Notes: generated from the sequence alone by a model not told the origin. 64,000 bases of DNA from Vulcanimicrobiota bacterium (GCA_963820825.1 CAWGBN010000008.1:544001-608000); one strand, 5' to 3'. Positions 18,174 to 27,681 are shown, numbered from the stretch's first letter. Numbers and translations are program-made.

Positions 18174-18680
18174 ATGAAAATACGCACTTCTCTCTATGCC
18201 GCGGCGGCGTTGTCGCTCGTCGCTTCGGTTTTCGCCGAGAGCCCGGCGCGAGCCGACGATCTGACCGCAAAGATGACACACTATAGCTACCTGCTCGGAG
18301 CGCCGTGGAGCTGCACGACGAACGTTCCGGCGATGGGCGATCAGCCCGCGCGCACGGACATCGGGACGGCCACCTTTGACGCTGTGCCCGCAAACGTAGT
18401 TCACAATCATGTGCAGACCCCAACGTATGCCGGCGATTTTTATTTCGGCTACAGCGATCGAATGAGCAGCTACTGGCAGACGAGCGCCGACAATCTCGGC
18501 GGCCACGGTTTTCTCACCTCGAGTGACGGCAACACGTACACCGGGACGTCGTCGATGGGACCGATGTCTATGCAGGACACCGTCACTTATACGAAAGTGA
18601 CGCCGAACAAAGTGACCGTGCACGAGGTTCTCTCGGGCGGTCCGATGGCGGGAACCTTCGACACGGTCTGCACGCGCTAA
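18174..18680 (+). CDS. Secreted beta-rich hypothetical protein
   Basis: Signal peptide ending ARA; YLLGAPWSC near N-terminus and a C-terminal Cys. Confidence 0.8.
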   Translation: MKIRTSLYAAAALSLVASVFAESPARADDLTAKMTHYSYLLGAPWSCTTNVPAMGDQPARTDIGTATFDAVPANVVHNHVQTPTYAGDFYFGYSDRMSSYWQTSADNLGGHGFLTSSDGNTYTGTSSMGPMSMQDTVTYTKVTPNKVTVHEVLSGGPMAGTFDTVCTR

Positions 18681-18691
18681 AACGCAGAGGC

Positions 18692-18733
18692 GTCAACCGA
18701 GCGCGATTCCGCTTCGCGCAACGCGCGGATGAC
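18692..18733. repeat. Imperfect hairpin, possibly a distant REP relative or terminator
   Basis: GTCAACCGAGCG...CGCGCGGATGAC inverted arms. Confidence 0.35.
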
Positions 18734-18762
18734 TTCGCGCATGGGGTGCTAATACTCGCTCC

Positions 18763-19725
18763 ATGAAGCCTGCATCGTACGCCGCTCTACTGATCGTGCT
18801 CCCGGTTCTTGCCGGCTGCTCCAACGCAACGCCGACGCAACCGGCGATACCGCAAACCGAGTCCGCCGCTTCTCGCGCCGGCTCGCTGAGCGAACTCTTC
18901 AATCTCGATTACTCCAACGGATCGATTACCGTCTTTTCCATTCAAGGCGGCAAGGCGACGCAGACTGCGAAGTTTACTCCGGGACACGGGCACGCGCAGG
19001 GCCTTGCATCGGATGCGCAGGGCATGATCTACACGACCGTGACCAACGCGAAGGCCAAGCGATGCGCCGCGTGCGTTGAGGTCTTCACCGATGCCGGCAA
19101 GCTCGTCGACCGGCTTGAAGCGCCGGTGCTGCAAGGCGCCTCGGGCGCGCCCTCGCTAACCGACGTCTCCGTCGACACACACGACAATGTCTACGTGAGC
19201 GATTACGGCCAACAAGCAGTGTACTTCTTCCGCCACGGCCAGAAGCATACTCCAACGATCGTCGTGCAAAACTCGTCAAACGCCGCATCGGTCTTGTCGA
19301 CGCCGAATGGCATGAACGTTTTGATTTCCGGCGGATGCGGGTTCGCCAGCGTGGCGCCCTTCACGCGCGTAAGCCGTGGAAAGTACACGCAAGGCTCCTG
19401 CTTCGGCATCGGCACGATCGCCCTGATCGGCGGAGCCACGGACGATAAAGAGGATGTGATCACGCCCGTCGACGGAGCGCCGGGGCTCGTGTCGGTTTCA
19501 TCGCCAAGCGGCGGATCGTCGTTTCGAGTGCCCGACCCACTTGGATCGATTAGCGGCGTCGCGCTGAACAGTGACGCTTCAGTCGCTTACGTGGCGGACC
19601 ATCGTAAGGAATGCGTCTATGCCTTCGCACGCCCGGCGAACGGATGGCTATCGAAGGCTAAACCCAAACTGCTGGCGACATATAAGGGATTCAAGAATCT
19701 CGACATCATCGCGGTCTCTCAGTAA
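18763..19725 (+). CDS. Lipoprotein, NHL/beta-propeller-like
   Basis: Lipobox LAGC; repeats GLASDAQGMIY, VSVDTHDNVYVSD, VALNSDASVAYVAD. Confidence 0.82.
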   Translation: MKPASYAALLIVLPVLAGCSNATPTQPAIPQTESAASRAGSLSELFNLDYSNGSITVFSIQGGKATQTAKFTPGHGHAQGLASDAQGMIYTTVTNAKAKRCAACVEVFTDAGKLVDRLEAPVLQGASGAPSLTDVSVDTHDNVYVSDYGQQAVYFFRHGQKHTPTIVVQNSSNAASVLSTPNGMNVLISGGCGFASVAPFTRVSRGKYTQGSCFGIGTIALIGGATDDKEDVITPVDGAPGLVSVSSPSGGSSFRVPDPLGSISGVALNSDASVAYVADHRKECVYAFARPANGWLSKAKPKLLATYKGFKNLDIIAVSQ

Positions 19726-19765
19726 ATCGCCCGGGGCGTTGCGTCACCATAAGCTGCACTTCGGC

Positions 19766-19875
19766 ATCACCTGAGCTAGCGTCGAAGACGAAATGTCGCT
19801 GCAACCGGCGCGGCGGCAGGCCTGCAATTGGCGCAGCGCGACGGCGCTAATGTTCGAGGCCTCAGCTTAGGTGAT
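19766..19875. repeat. Degenerate inverted pair of REP-like repeats
   Basis: ATCACCTGAGCTAGCGTCGAAG (19766-19787) and TTCGAGGCCTCAGCTTAGGTGAT (19853-19875). Confidence 0.55.
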
Positions 19876-19954
19876 TTCAGGAGCTCAGCTCACGTGCACA
19901 GTCCGCATCGTCACGTCGCAAAGGCTCCCCGCGATCGCCATAAACTCGTTTAGC

Positions 19955-19987
19955 AAAAAACGCTGCCGGAGTCGTTTAGCGGCAGCG
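19955..19987 (-). terminator. Intrinsic terminator-like hairpin on the minus strand
   Basis: CGCTGCCG/CGGCAGCG 8-bp stem followed by T6 on the minus strand. Confidence 0.5.
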
Positions 19988-20157
19988 GAATGTTGTCAAA
20001 CAGACACGCGCCCACCGCTCACAACCACGGAGCATCCGCGGATTTTCTTTCGCCGGTTCTCTCGCGGGAGACCCTAAATAAATGGGCCGGTCGCAGTGAA
20101 CTTCATGACGCAGGATCCTTCGTGGCAGATTGTACGTAAAGGCCGCATCATGGGTAT

Positions 20158-20445
20158 GTGACCGATCGTAAGTACGCCGCCCTAGCGGCTCTCTCCGCCG
20201 CTATCCGGCGGCGACGTCTAGCGCTAGGCCTTACGCAGGAAGACGTCGCCTTCCAAGCTGGCTTGAGCGTCCGGCACTATCAGTCACTGGAATCCGGAGC
20301 GCTAAATCCGTCTTACCTCGTGATTCGGTCAGTGGCGAACGCTCTAGCTATTGGAGTATCACCGCTGCTTTCCGATGCAGAGATCCGGCGGGCTCCAAGT
20401 CAGCAGAAATCGGGGCGACCCCAGCGTCGCCGCCAGCAAGAGTAA
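20158..20445 (+). CDS. XRE-family HTH regulator (controller-protein-like)
   Basis: IRRRRLALGLTQEDVAFQAGLS..YQSLESG..NPS; TAATG overlap with the next gene. Confidence 0.88.
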   Translation: MTDRKYAALAALSAAIRRRRLALGLTQEDVAFQAGLSVRHYQSLESGALNPSYLVIRSVANALAIGVSPLLSDAEIRRAPSQQKSGRPQRRRQQE

Positions 20446-21620
20446 TGCCACGCTCGTCGCGACGCACTTGGGTCGAGGATGTCGTCGACTACTTCCGCGA
20501 ACTCGGTGGTGAAGCTCACTATTCGGAACTTTATCGTTACATCGAGCAAAATCCACGACGGCCGCTAGGTCGATCTTGGCAAGCCGTGGTCCGCCGAACG
20601 ATTGAGGAGCATTCTTCGGACTCGACCATCTGGCACAAACGCAGACTTCCAGACTTATTCCGCTCGGCCCACGGATTGGGAGAAGGTCGTTGGGCTCTTA
20701 GAAATCCAAATGTTGGCCACAGCCATCTAATTCTGCGTTCCAATGCCGACTCACCGTGGAATGACGCAGACGGCATAAGCTACCAGTTTGGCCGCACCGT
20801 CCCGAACTGGACGAGAGTCAAACCAGGAGACGAGGCGCTCATCGAGCGTATTGTCGATGGCCAACACTACCTAATCGGCGCAGGAACTATAGGAAGCATC
20901 ACCGAGGATGACGGCGGCAGATTTCTGGCGCGGTATTCGCGGTATGAGAATTTCGCCCAACCCATACCGCTCCCTCAACAATTCGCAGCATCAATCAGCG
21001 CGCTAGCCGGTTACAATGCGCAACATTCCATATCTATAATTCCTGAAAGTCTGTTCCTGCCGCTGCTTGACGAAATTCGTGTAGTGGAAAAGGCGAAGGT
21101 TGTAGCCGAAGAGGTTCGAGGGCCGACGTACGAACGTGGCGGTAGCGAAGCGCCTAAACGGCGGCCAATCGGCGATCGGCCTCCGCGACCATCGACTAGG
21201 GATTTGGCCAAGAGCGACCCCGAGGCTCGCCGACAAGCACTTGAAAGAAGACAAACGGCGCATCATGATCTGCTGCTAACTTTCCGGAAAGCGTGCGAGC
21301 GGAGCAACGTCGACGTCGACTGCACCCAGTATGCGGATGCGCTAGCAAGTGGATGGATCTTCGAAATGAAGACTATCGAGAACGATGCTGTAAGCCAGGT
21401 TCGCGCCGCTCTTGGACAACTCTATCATTACCTTTTTCTCCACCGCGACTTTCCGGGATATAGCGAAGCCGGGTTATGCATGGTTCTGGACATGGAAATT
21501 GATCAGCAATTGGTGTTCTTTTTGGTCGCGAAGGCGAACATCAGCGTTATTTGGCTCAAAAGCGGGAGTTTCGTTGGCGCGGGTCGCGTGTTGGAGACAC
21601 TCCGATGGCTGTTTGATTAG
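20445..21620 (+). CDS. Putative restriction-like endonuclease: winged-HTH + PUA/EVE-like domain + PD-(D/E)xK domain
   Basis: LGGEAHYSELY..WQAVVRRTIE..G.G.WAL; WND..G.SYQF..VKPGD..YLIGAGTIG; YADAL..IFEMKT..QVRAALGQLYHY; visibly lower GC than neighbours. Confidence 0.72.
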   Translation: MPRSSRRTWVEDVVDYFRELGGEAHYSELYRYIEQNPRRPLGRSWQAVVRRTIEEHSSDSTIWHKRRLPDLFRSAHGLGEGRWALRNPNVGHSHLILRSNADSPWNDADGISYQFGRTVPNWTRVKPGDEALIERIVDGQHYLIGAGTIGSITEDDGGRFLARYSRYENFAQPIPLPQQFAASISALAGYNAQHSISIIPESLFLPLLDEIRVVEKAKVVAEEVRGPTYERGGSEAPKRRPIGDRPPRPSTRDLAKSDPEARRQALERRQTAHHDLLLTFRKACERSNVDVDCTQYADALASGWIFEMKTIENDAVSQVRAALGQLYHYLFLHRDFPGYSEAGLCMVLDMEIDQQLVFFLVAKANISVIWLKSGSFVGAGRVLETLRWLFD

Positions 21621-21667
21621 CGTCACAGCACGCCCACTCGCCGGTCGTACCGGACGCGCACCACTTC

Positions 21668-21743
21668 GGCCTTGTCGAAGCGATCCATAGAATTGCGTGT
21701 ACCCACGCTTCGACAGGCCCAGCCCTTCGACTCCGCGCTGCGG
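21668..21743. repeat. Inverted REP-like doublet plus a partial third copy
   Basis: GGCCTTGTCGAAGCG...CGCTTCGACAGGCCCAG followed by CCCTTCGACTCCG. Confidence 0.65.
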
Positions 21744-21784
21744 GCGTAACGGGAGCAGCGGGCAAGGCCTACCGCCGCGACAGG

Positions 21785-22348
21785 TTACGTCTTGGTGCAG
21801 GTCTCCTTGACGTTCACGACGCGGCCGCTCGTTTCGGTGAACGACGTCGTCATCGTCTTCTTGGTATCGCTGACCTTGGTAAAAACTTCCGGTTCGTACG
21901 ATGCGATGTCGGGCGACTTCGTCTGGATGACGTAGGTGTAGGTCTTCTTGTTGCCGGTCGCCATCGGCGCCGTCGCGACTGAGTAGCCGCCCAGATCGCC
22001 GGTAACGATGCGAACCCATTGCTTTGCCGCGGCGTCCCACGTGTACTTGGTTTCACTTTGGAAGGTGCGCGGAATCCACGACGCCTTGTGAGTCGTCGAT
22101 ACCTTCATCATCCAATAGCCGGTGGAATCCATCGAGTAGACTTCCGTGACGTTGAACGGGCCGGGGCGCCGCGAGCTCATGTCGACGCAGTTCCAGGTGC
22201 CGACGAGGAACTTCATCCCCGAGAAATCCGGCTTGGGCCGCATCGGAACCGGCGTCCCCTCGACCGTCGGAGTCGCGGCAAGCGCCGCCGCGCCGCCGAT
22301 CGTAACGAGTAGCGATAAAGCAAAAAGAAAACGTGCTGACTTAAACAT
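21785..22348 (-). CDS. Secreted beta-rich hypothetical protein
   Basis: AAGGAGG RBS, signal peptide ending ALA, FLVGTWNC and C-terminal Cys as in 18174-18680. Confidence 0.82.
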   Translation of the reverse strand: MFKSARFLFALSLLVTIGGAAALAATPTVEGTPVPMRPKPDFSGMKFLVGTWNCVDMSSRRPGPFNVTEVYSMDSTGYWMMKVSTTHKASWIPRTFQSETKYTWDAAAKQWVRIVTGDLGGYSVATAPMATGNKKTYTYVIQTKSPDIASYEPEVFTKVSDTKKTMTTSFTETSGRVVNVKETCTKT

Positions 22349-22461
22349 GGGCAAAGCCCTCCTTGCAGATCGCTCTTCGCAAGCAAGCGGTGGCCTCCTG
22401 TGCCACCTTCGGAGGCGTCGCCGTTACGGTTCAGAACGCGCTGGAGCTGCTTGAGTAGCCG

Positions 22462-22503
22462 CCCTTCAACTTCGGCGCTACGCGCCTTCGCTCAGGATGA
22501 CAC
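22462..22503 (-). repeat. REP-like repeat, long form
   Basis: Reverse complement GTGTCATCCTGAGCGAAGGCGCGTAGCGCCGAAGTTGAAGGG. Confidence 0.88.
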
Positions 22504-22511
22504 CGCTTGCG

Positions 22512-23684
22512 TTACGGCGTTAGTTCGAAAACGGTGCCTTTTTGTTTGGCGCCGCCGGCGGCGGTCGTGCCGTAGAGTTTGCCGTTGACGGCGATCATGG
22601 CCGAGTGCGGCGTGCTCCCTTCGCGGATTGCAAACGTGTGCACCACTTGGAACGTGCCGTCGGGCTTTACCTCAAAGATCGTTCCCTGATTTTTCGATCC
22701 GTATTTTGGCGCCGTTCCGTAGAGTGCACCGTCAAGCACGGCGAGCCCGGCGATCGGAGAGCCGCCGTCGTTGTGGCTCAAGTTGTGAACGATCCGTTCG
22801 CTCCCGTCTTTTTTCACTTCGAAGATCGTGCCGCAGCAACTCTTGCCCCCGCCCCGCGTCGTGCCGTAGAGCGCGCCGTTGAGCGCCGCAAGCTTACTCT
22901 CCGGATTGAAGCCGTCATCGTTACCCGCGCCGCCGGCAAAACTGTAGAGCACGCGTTCCTTGCCGTTGGGTGAAATTTCGAAAACCGTTCCTCGGTCGTG
23001 CGCGCCGCCTTGGTACGTGGTGCCGTACAGGTGACTATCTAAGAGTTCGAGGCCGGCCAAGGGGTTTGCGCCGTCGGCGGCGCCCCCGAAGCTGTGCAAG
23101 ACGCGTTCTTGACCATCGGGCGTCACCGAAAAGACCGTGCCCATGTTGTGAGCGCCGCCGCGATCGGTCGTGCCGTAGAAGGCGCCGAAGACGTTGATGA
23201 GGTCGCCGTGGAGATTGGCGCCGTTGCTCCCGTTGAAGTTGAAGATGATACGGAACGTTCCATCGGGCTTGATTTCATAGACGGTACCGTGGTTCGACGA
23301 TCCGCCGTCCAGCGTCGTACCGTAGAACGCGTGGCCGAGATGGATGAGACCGCCTTTCGGAGTACCGGCGTCGCCGTACGCGCTCGAGAAGCTGTACAGC
23401 ACGCGCTCGTTGCCGTCGGACTGAACTTCGAAGACCGTGCCGATGTTGTACTTTCCGCCGGAATAGGTCGTTCCGTAGAACGCGCCGTTGTTTTCGACGA
23501 GCCGCGCCTCGGGCTTCACGCCGTCGCCCAGACCTTTGAAGCTGTATATCAAGCGGTATGTGGAGTCTGCGGTTCGCGCTTGCGTCGCGGATGCGCCGCT
23601 GGGCAGCGGCGTCAAGGCAGTCTGGTGGGCGCAACCGGCAAGCAATACCAAGGGCAGAGCGCAAACGGAAAAACGGTAGAGCAT
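22512..23684 (-). CDS. Lipoprotein with GloVer/TIGR03803-type tandem repeats
   Basis: Lipobox LAGC; about 7 repeats of YGTT..GG....GTVFE..PDG.ERVLYSF; AAGGAGG RBS. Confidence 0.9.
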   Translation of the reverse strand: MLYRFSVCALPLVLLAGCAHQTALTPLPSGASATQARTADSTYRLIYSFKGLGDGVKPEARLVENNGAFYGTTYSGGKYNIGTVFEVQSDGNERVLYSFSSAYGDAGTPKGGLIHLGHAFYGTTLDGGSSNHGTVYEIKPDGTFRIIFNFNGSNGANLHGDLINVFGAFYGTTDRGGAHNMGTVFSVTPDGQERVLHSFGGAADGANPLAGLELLDSHLYGTTYQGGAHDRGTVFEISPNGKERVLYSFAGGAGNDDGFNPESKLAALNGALYGTTRGGGKSCCGTIFEVKKDGSERIVHNLSHNDGGSPIAGLAVLDGALYGTAPKYGSKNQGTIFEVKPDGTFQVVHTFAIREGSTPHSAMIAVNGKLYGTTAAGGAKQKGTVFELTP

Positions 23685-23756
23685 CAAAGCCTCCTTGAGC
23701 AAAGTATTCGAACGCGTTCGAACGCGGCCCTGGCGCGGTCCAAACACGGATCGCGG

Positions 23757-23797
23757 CCCTTCGACACGGGCGCTACGCGCCCGGCTCAGGGTGACAC
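23757..23797 (-). repeat. REP-like repeat, long form
   Basis: Reverse complement GTGTCACCCTGAGCCGGGCGCGTAGCGCCCGTGTCGAAGGG. Confidence 0.88.
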
Positions 23798-23824
23798 GCC
23801 GTAGGAAAGCGAATCAAGCGAGCT

Positions 23825-25543
23825 ATGCGCTCCATCGTTACTGCGGGAATCCTACTTTCGCTGATCGGCGCGGCGCCGAATGAGAATCCGTCGATGCAGA
23901 GCCTAATTCGCCAGCGCGTACGCTACGTGTTTGTGATCTATCAGGAGAACCGCTCGTTCGACCATTACTTCGGGACGTTTCCCGGCGCGAACGGCATCTA
24001 TACTCCGGCAGCGCGCTCGCAAGGGTTCACGCAGTACAACCCGCTCGCGGAGCGGCAGACGCATGCGTTTCGCGTCGTCGAGCCCCAGATCGGGCTGTTG
24101 AGCAACGCGCGCACGCTCTTCGACGCGTCGATCAACGGCGGCGCGATGGACGGGTTCGTCGCGCAGGAGGCCGCTTGGGCGCAAAAGCTGCCGCCCGTCG
24201 TGCAGAAGAGGCTCGGTATGACCAACCCCGCCGACGCGGTCTCGGTCGGCGACGAGTCGATGGCGCACGTCGATTGCGATACGATTCCTTACCTCTGGAG
24301 CTACGCAAGCCGCTTCGCGCTCTTCGATTCGTTCTTTCAAGGCGCGCGCGCGCCGTCGACGCCGAGCAACATCGAGATCATCGCGGCGCAGAACGGCGAG
24401 ACGGAGTACCGGCGTTACGGCTCTACTGGGCCGCCGTACACGCAGCAGCAGGTCGGGGCGGCCGCCCGCGGCGTGCCGGTCTGGGTCGATCTCGACCCCG
24501 CGTGGGGCCCCTACAACGATGAAGATTCCAGCCCAATAAAAGAGGTCGATCAAACGTATGCCAACGTGCTGCTGAATCTCGAAGGCGCCGAGGCCGGCAA
24601 ACTGACGAAGTACACGCAGGATATCGGCGACGACATCGCGTTCCTTCGTGCGAAGAATCAAACGCCGGTGAACTGGACGTGGTACGAGCAGGGCTACGAC
24701 AATCCGGCCGATCCCAAGCACCTTACCTTAGTGACGCACCATCTTGCGCCGCACTATTTCGGCTACGTTGCCAACAATCCGACGATGGATCGGCACGTCG
24801 CCGACGTTACGCAGTTTACATCCGACGTCGAGCAAGGCAAACTCGGCGACGGCGGGCTCTTCTATTTAAAGGGCGGCTTCGCGAGCAATCTTGGCCTCAA
24901 GCCCGCCGGCGCCGCGCCGCAGACGTTCATTGGCGACGACGATCATCCGGGCGAGTCCGATTCGCAGATCGCCGAGGCCGATGTCGCCGCATTCGTCAAT
25001 ACCATCGCGCACAGCAAATACTGGAATCAGTCGGCGATCGTCGTTACCTGGGACGATCCCGGCGGCTTCTGGGATCACGTGGCGCCGCCGCAGTGGCTGG
25101 TCTGTCCCGACGGCAATCCCTGCGGCAACGGGGAACGCGTGCCGCTGATCCTCATCTCGCCGTATGCGCGCACCGAGGTCGTGCACGAGTACGACGATCA
25201 GGCGTCGGTAATCAAGTTCGTCGAGCATCTCTTCGATCGCACGCCGCTCGCAAAGCTGCCCGACGAGGCGCGCTACATGCCCTACGGTCCGCGCGACGCA
25301 ACCGATGAAACCGGCGATTTAACGGGCGGGTTCGACCGAGCGCGCCTGAGCGGCGACAAGCCGCCGATTCCGCCGACCGACGCGGAGATCTCCGACGACG
25401 TCGTTCGCACCGTTCCTAGTTCGTGGTCGTGCAGGTCGATCGGCGTTCAGCCGGTCCCGCCACCGGCGGGCATCTCCGATGCCCCGCCGCCAGGCTTCAA
25501 TCCGCATGTCCTGGTGGTGCCATTCCCGACGCCGTCGCCGTAA
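23825..25543 (+). CDS. Secreted phosphoesterase (phospholipase C/AcpA acid phosphatase family)
   Basis: QENRSFDHYFG, PSTP, DDHP, DDPGGFWDHVAPP, GERVPLILISPYA. Confidence 0.9.
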   Translation: MRSIVTAGILLSLIGAAPNENPSMQSLIRQRVRYVFVIYQENRSFDHYFGTFPGANGIYTPAARSQGFTQYNPLAERQTHAFRVVEPQIGLLSNARTLFDASINGGAMDGFVAQEAAWAQKLPPVVQKRLGMTNPADAVSVGDESMAHVDCDTIPYLWSYASRFALFDSFFQGARAPSTPSNIEIIAAQNGETEYRRYGSTGPPYTQQQVGAAARGVPVWVDLDPAWGPYNDEDSSPIKEVDQTYANVLLNLEGAEAGKLTKYTQDIGDDIAFLRAKNQTPVNWTWYEQGYDNPADPKHLTLVTHHLAPHYFGYVANNPTMDRHVADVTQFTSDVEQGKLGDGGLFYLKGGFASNLGLKPAGAAPQTFIGDDDHPGESDSQIAEADVAAFVNTIAHSKYWNQSAIVVTWDDPGGFWDHVAPPQWLVCPDGNPCGNGERVPLILISPYARTEVVHEYDDQASVIKFVEHLFDRTPLAKLPDEARYMPYGPRDATDETGDLTGGFDRARLSGDKPPIPPTDAEISDDVVRTVPSSWSCRSIGVQPVPPPAGISDAPPPGFNPHVLVVPFPTPSP

Positions 25544-25671
25544 GGTGGAGTGCTCCCAGAGCGAGCATCCCCAGGACTGCACGGCTGCGCCGCGATGATT
25601 CAAAGATGCCTTCCCTCCTTCGCCCGAATCTTCAGCATGAACGACTCGCCGTCCCGGCAAAGTGCGACCGT

Positions 25672-26241
25672 ATGGTTCGCGACGCGGGGTTGGCGATCGG
25701 AGCGATGTGGTTGGCATTTATCCTCTTCTGGGCAGTCGAAGCGACCCGGGCAAAACGCCGCGCGCGAGGCTCGGTACTGCCGAATCTCATTCGAATCCTC
25801 GCGCTCTTCGCGATCGTGCTGTCGCTTCGAATTTCGTTCGGTGCGCATCTCTTGCGGCAATCGGCGGGTCCGCTGGTCTCCAACCCCGTCGCTGCAATCG
25901 CGGGCGCGGTTCTCTGTGCGCTGGGGATCGGCATCGCCGTTTGGGCGCGCATCTATTTGGGGCGCAACTGGGGCATGCCGATGTCGCTCCGCGAGGGTCA
26001 CGAGCTCGTCACGAACGGACCGTATGCGTACGTGCGCCATCCAATCTACTCCGGCATCTTCCTGGCGCTGATCGGAACCGCGGTCGTTGAAGACCGCTTG
26101 TGGATCGTGTTTCTCGCGGTCTTCTTCGCCTATTTCATTTATGCCGCCAAGGTTGAGGAAAAGACGATGCTCGAGCAGTTTCCCAACGAGTATCCGGCCT
26201 ATGCGCGCCGCACGAAAATGCTCGTTCCGTTCGTGCATTGA
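25672..26241 (+). CDS. Isoprenylcysteine carboxylmethyltransferase family membrane protein
   Basis: LVTNGPYAYVRHPIYSG, EEKTML..F..EY..Y. Confidence 0.9.
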   Translation: MVRDAGLAIGAMWLAFILFWAVEATRAKRRARGSVLPNLIRILALFAIVLSLRISFGAHLLRQSAGPLVSNPVAAIAGAVLCALGIGIAVWARIYLGRNWGMPMSLREGHELVTNGPYAYVRHPIYSGIFLALIGTAVVEDRLWIVFLAVFFAYFIYAAKVEEKTMLEQFPNEYPAYARRTKMLVPFVH

Positions 26242-26253
26242 ATCGAGTGCCAA

Positions 26254-26274
26254 GAGCCTGAATTAGGCTCGTTT
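26254..26274 (+). terminator. Possible intrinsic terminator
   Basis: GAGCCT-GAATT-AGGCTC then GTTT, just after the stop codon. Confidence 0.4.
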
Positions 26275-26340
26275 CGCCGTGGCCGGCTCACGGCCAGCAT
26301 GTTAGCGTAAACGTAACGCATTGCCGTAAGGAGAGAAGCC

Positions 26341-27675
26341 ATGAGTCGTCGCGTCGCTGCTGCTGCTTGTTTGATCGCGCTCATGATGGTGGCGGGATGC
26401 GGGCAATCGGTCAGCCCGTATGCCGCGCAACGAGCTGCCGCCCTTGCTAAGAATAGCGGATCTGACTATACCGAGACGGTGTTGCATGAATTCAAAAGCA
26501 GCCCCGACGCCGCGAGTCCGGAGGCCGGCGTCATCCTCGCTCCGGACGGCACGCTCTACGGCACGACGATCGCCGGCGGGAAACATAAGGCTTGCTTCGG
26601 CGGCTATAACGGCGGCTGCGGAACCGTGTACGCGATCGACACGAGCGGCCACGAGCACTTAGTCTACAGCTTCAAAGGAAAGCCCGACGCGAGCGAACCC
26701 TTTGCCGGACTCATTCGCCACAACGGCGTCTTCTATGGCACGACCGCCAGCGGCGGCAGTTACAAGCCGTGCTACATCTATGGCGGCGATGGATGCGGCA
26801 CGATATTCAAAATCGACCGCACGGGCGGCGAGAGCGTGCTCTACGATTTCAAAGGGAATTTCGGAAGCGGACCGATGGACGGACAGGGGCCGATGGGCGG
26901 CCTCATCGCCGATTCAGACGGAAACCTCTACGGCACGACGCCCTTCGGCGGTGCGAATAACCGTGGGGCGATCTTCGAGCTTGCCAAAGACGGAACGGAA
27001 CGCGTGCTCTACTCCTTTACGGGATACAACGACGGAGCACGTCCGTACTCGGGCGTGATTCGCGACGGCAGGGGCGACTTATACGGCGTTGCCTATTTCG
27101 GCGGCAACGGTGCGTGCACCGGCGGATGCGGAACGATCTTCGAGCTGAACCCGAGCGGCTCGTTCGGCGTGCTCTATTCGTTCACCGGAGGGAAGGACGG
27201 CGGAAACCCGATCGGCGGGATGGCGATGGACGCCTCGGGCAATCTTTACGGCACGGCGCAGAATTACGGCAATCTCAACTGCAACAAACGCGGCGGCAAC
27301 CCCGGTTGCGGAACGGTCTTTCGGTTCAGCGCGGCGCACAAGTTCAAAGTGCTGCACGAATTCGCCGGGAGTCCCGACGGTGCGGTACCGTCGGAGAACC
27401 TGATCGTCGATTCGAACGGCAACTTGTACGGCACGACGTCCTTCGGCGGCGACAGCAGCTGCAACGGCGGCTATAGCTGCGGGACGGTCTTCGAAGTCGA
27501 CGCGCGCGGGCACGAGTCCGTGCTGCATACCTTTGCCGGCGGCTCGAACGACGGTGAGGTTCCGTATGGGCCGGTGCGGCGCGACGCCGCGGGCGATCTC
27601 TACGGGACGACGGTCAGTGGTGGCACCGGCCCGTGCAATCGCGGCTGCGGTATTGTGTTTAAGCTGACGCGGTAG
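26341..27675 (+). CDS. Lipoprotein with GloVer/TIGR03803-type tandem repeats (Cys-pair loops)
   Basis: Lipobox VAGC; repeats GNLYGTT..GG..C...CGTVF; AGGAG RBS. Confidence 0.9.
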   Translation: MSRRVAAAACLIALMMVAGCGQSVSPYAAQRAAALAKNSGSDYTETVLHEFKSSPDAASPEAGVILAPDGTLYGTTIAGGKHKACFGGYNGGCGTVYAIDTSGHEHLVYSFKGKPDASEPFAGLIRHNGVFYGTTASGGSYKPCYIYGGDGCGTIFKIDRTGGESVLYDFKGNFGSGPMDGQGPMGGLIADSDGNLYGTTPFGGANNRGAIFELAKDGTERVLYSFTGYNDGARPYSGVIRDGRGDLYGVAYFGGNGACTGGCGTIFELNPSGSFGVLYSFTGGKDGGNPIGGMAMDASGNLYGTAQNYGNLNCNKRGGNPGCGTVFRFSAAHKFKVLHEFAGSPDGAVPSENLIVDSNGNLYGTTSFGGDSSCNGGYSCGTVFEVDARGHESVLHTFAGGSNDGEVPYGPVRRDAAGDLYGTTVSGGTGPCNRGCGIVFKLTR

Positions 27676-27681
27676 TAACTG

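Noticed and set aside
19766..21743. Insertion sequence or prophage
   Set aside because: No transposase, integrase, target-site duplication or phage genes seen; only repeat-family copies at the flanks
25545..25625. Minus-strand RBS followed by a signal-peptide-like fragment
   Set aside because: Too short and frame-broken to support a gene call
22512..27675. Periodic repeats as a CRISPR array
   Set aside because: They are degenerate in-frame protein repeats in two lipoproteins; no identical repeats with unique spacers and no cas genes
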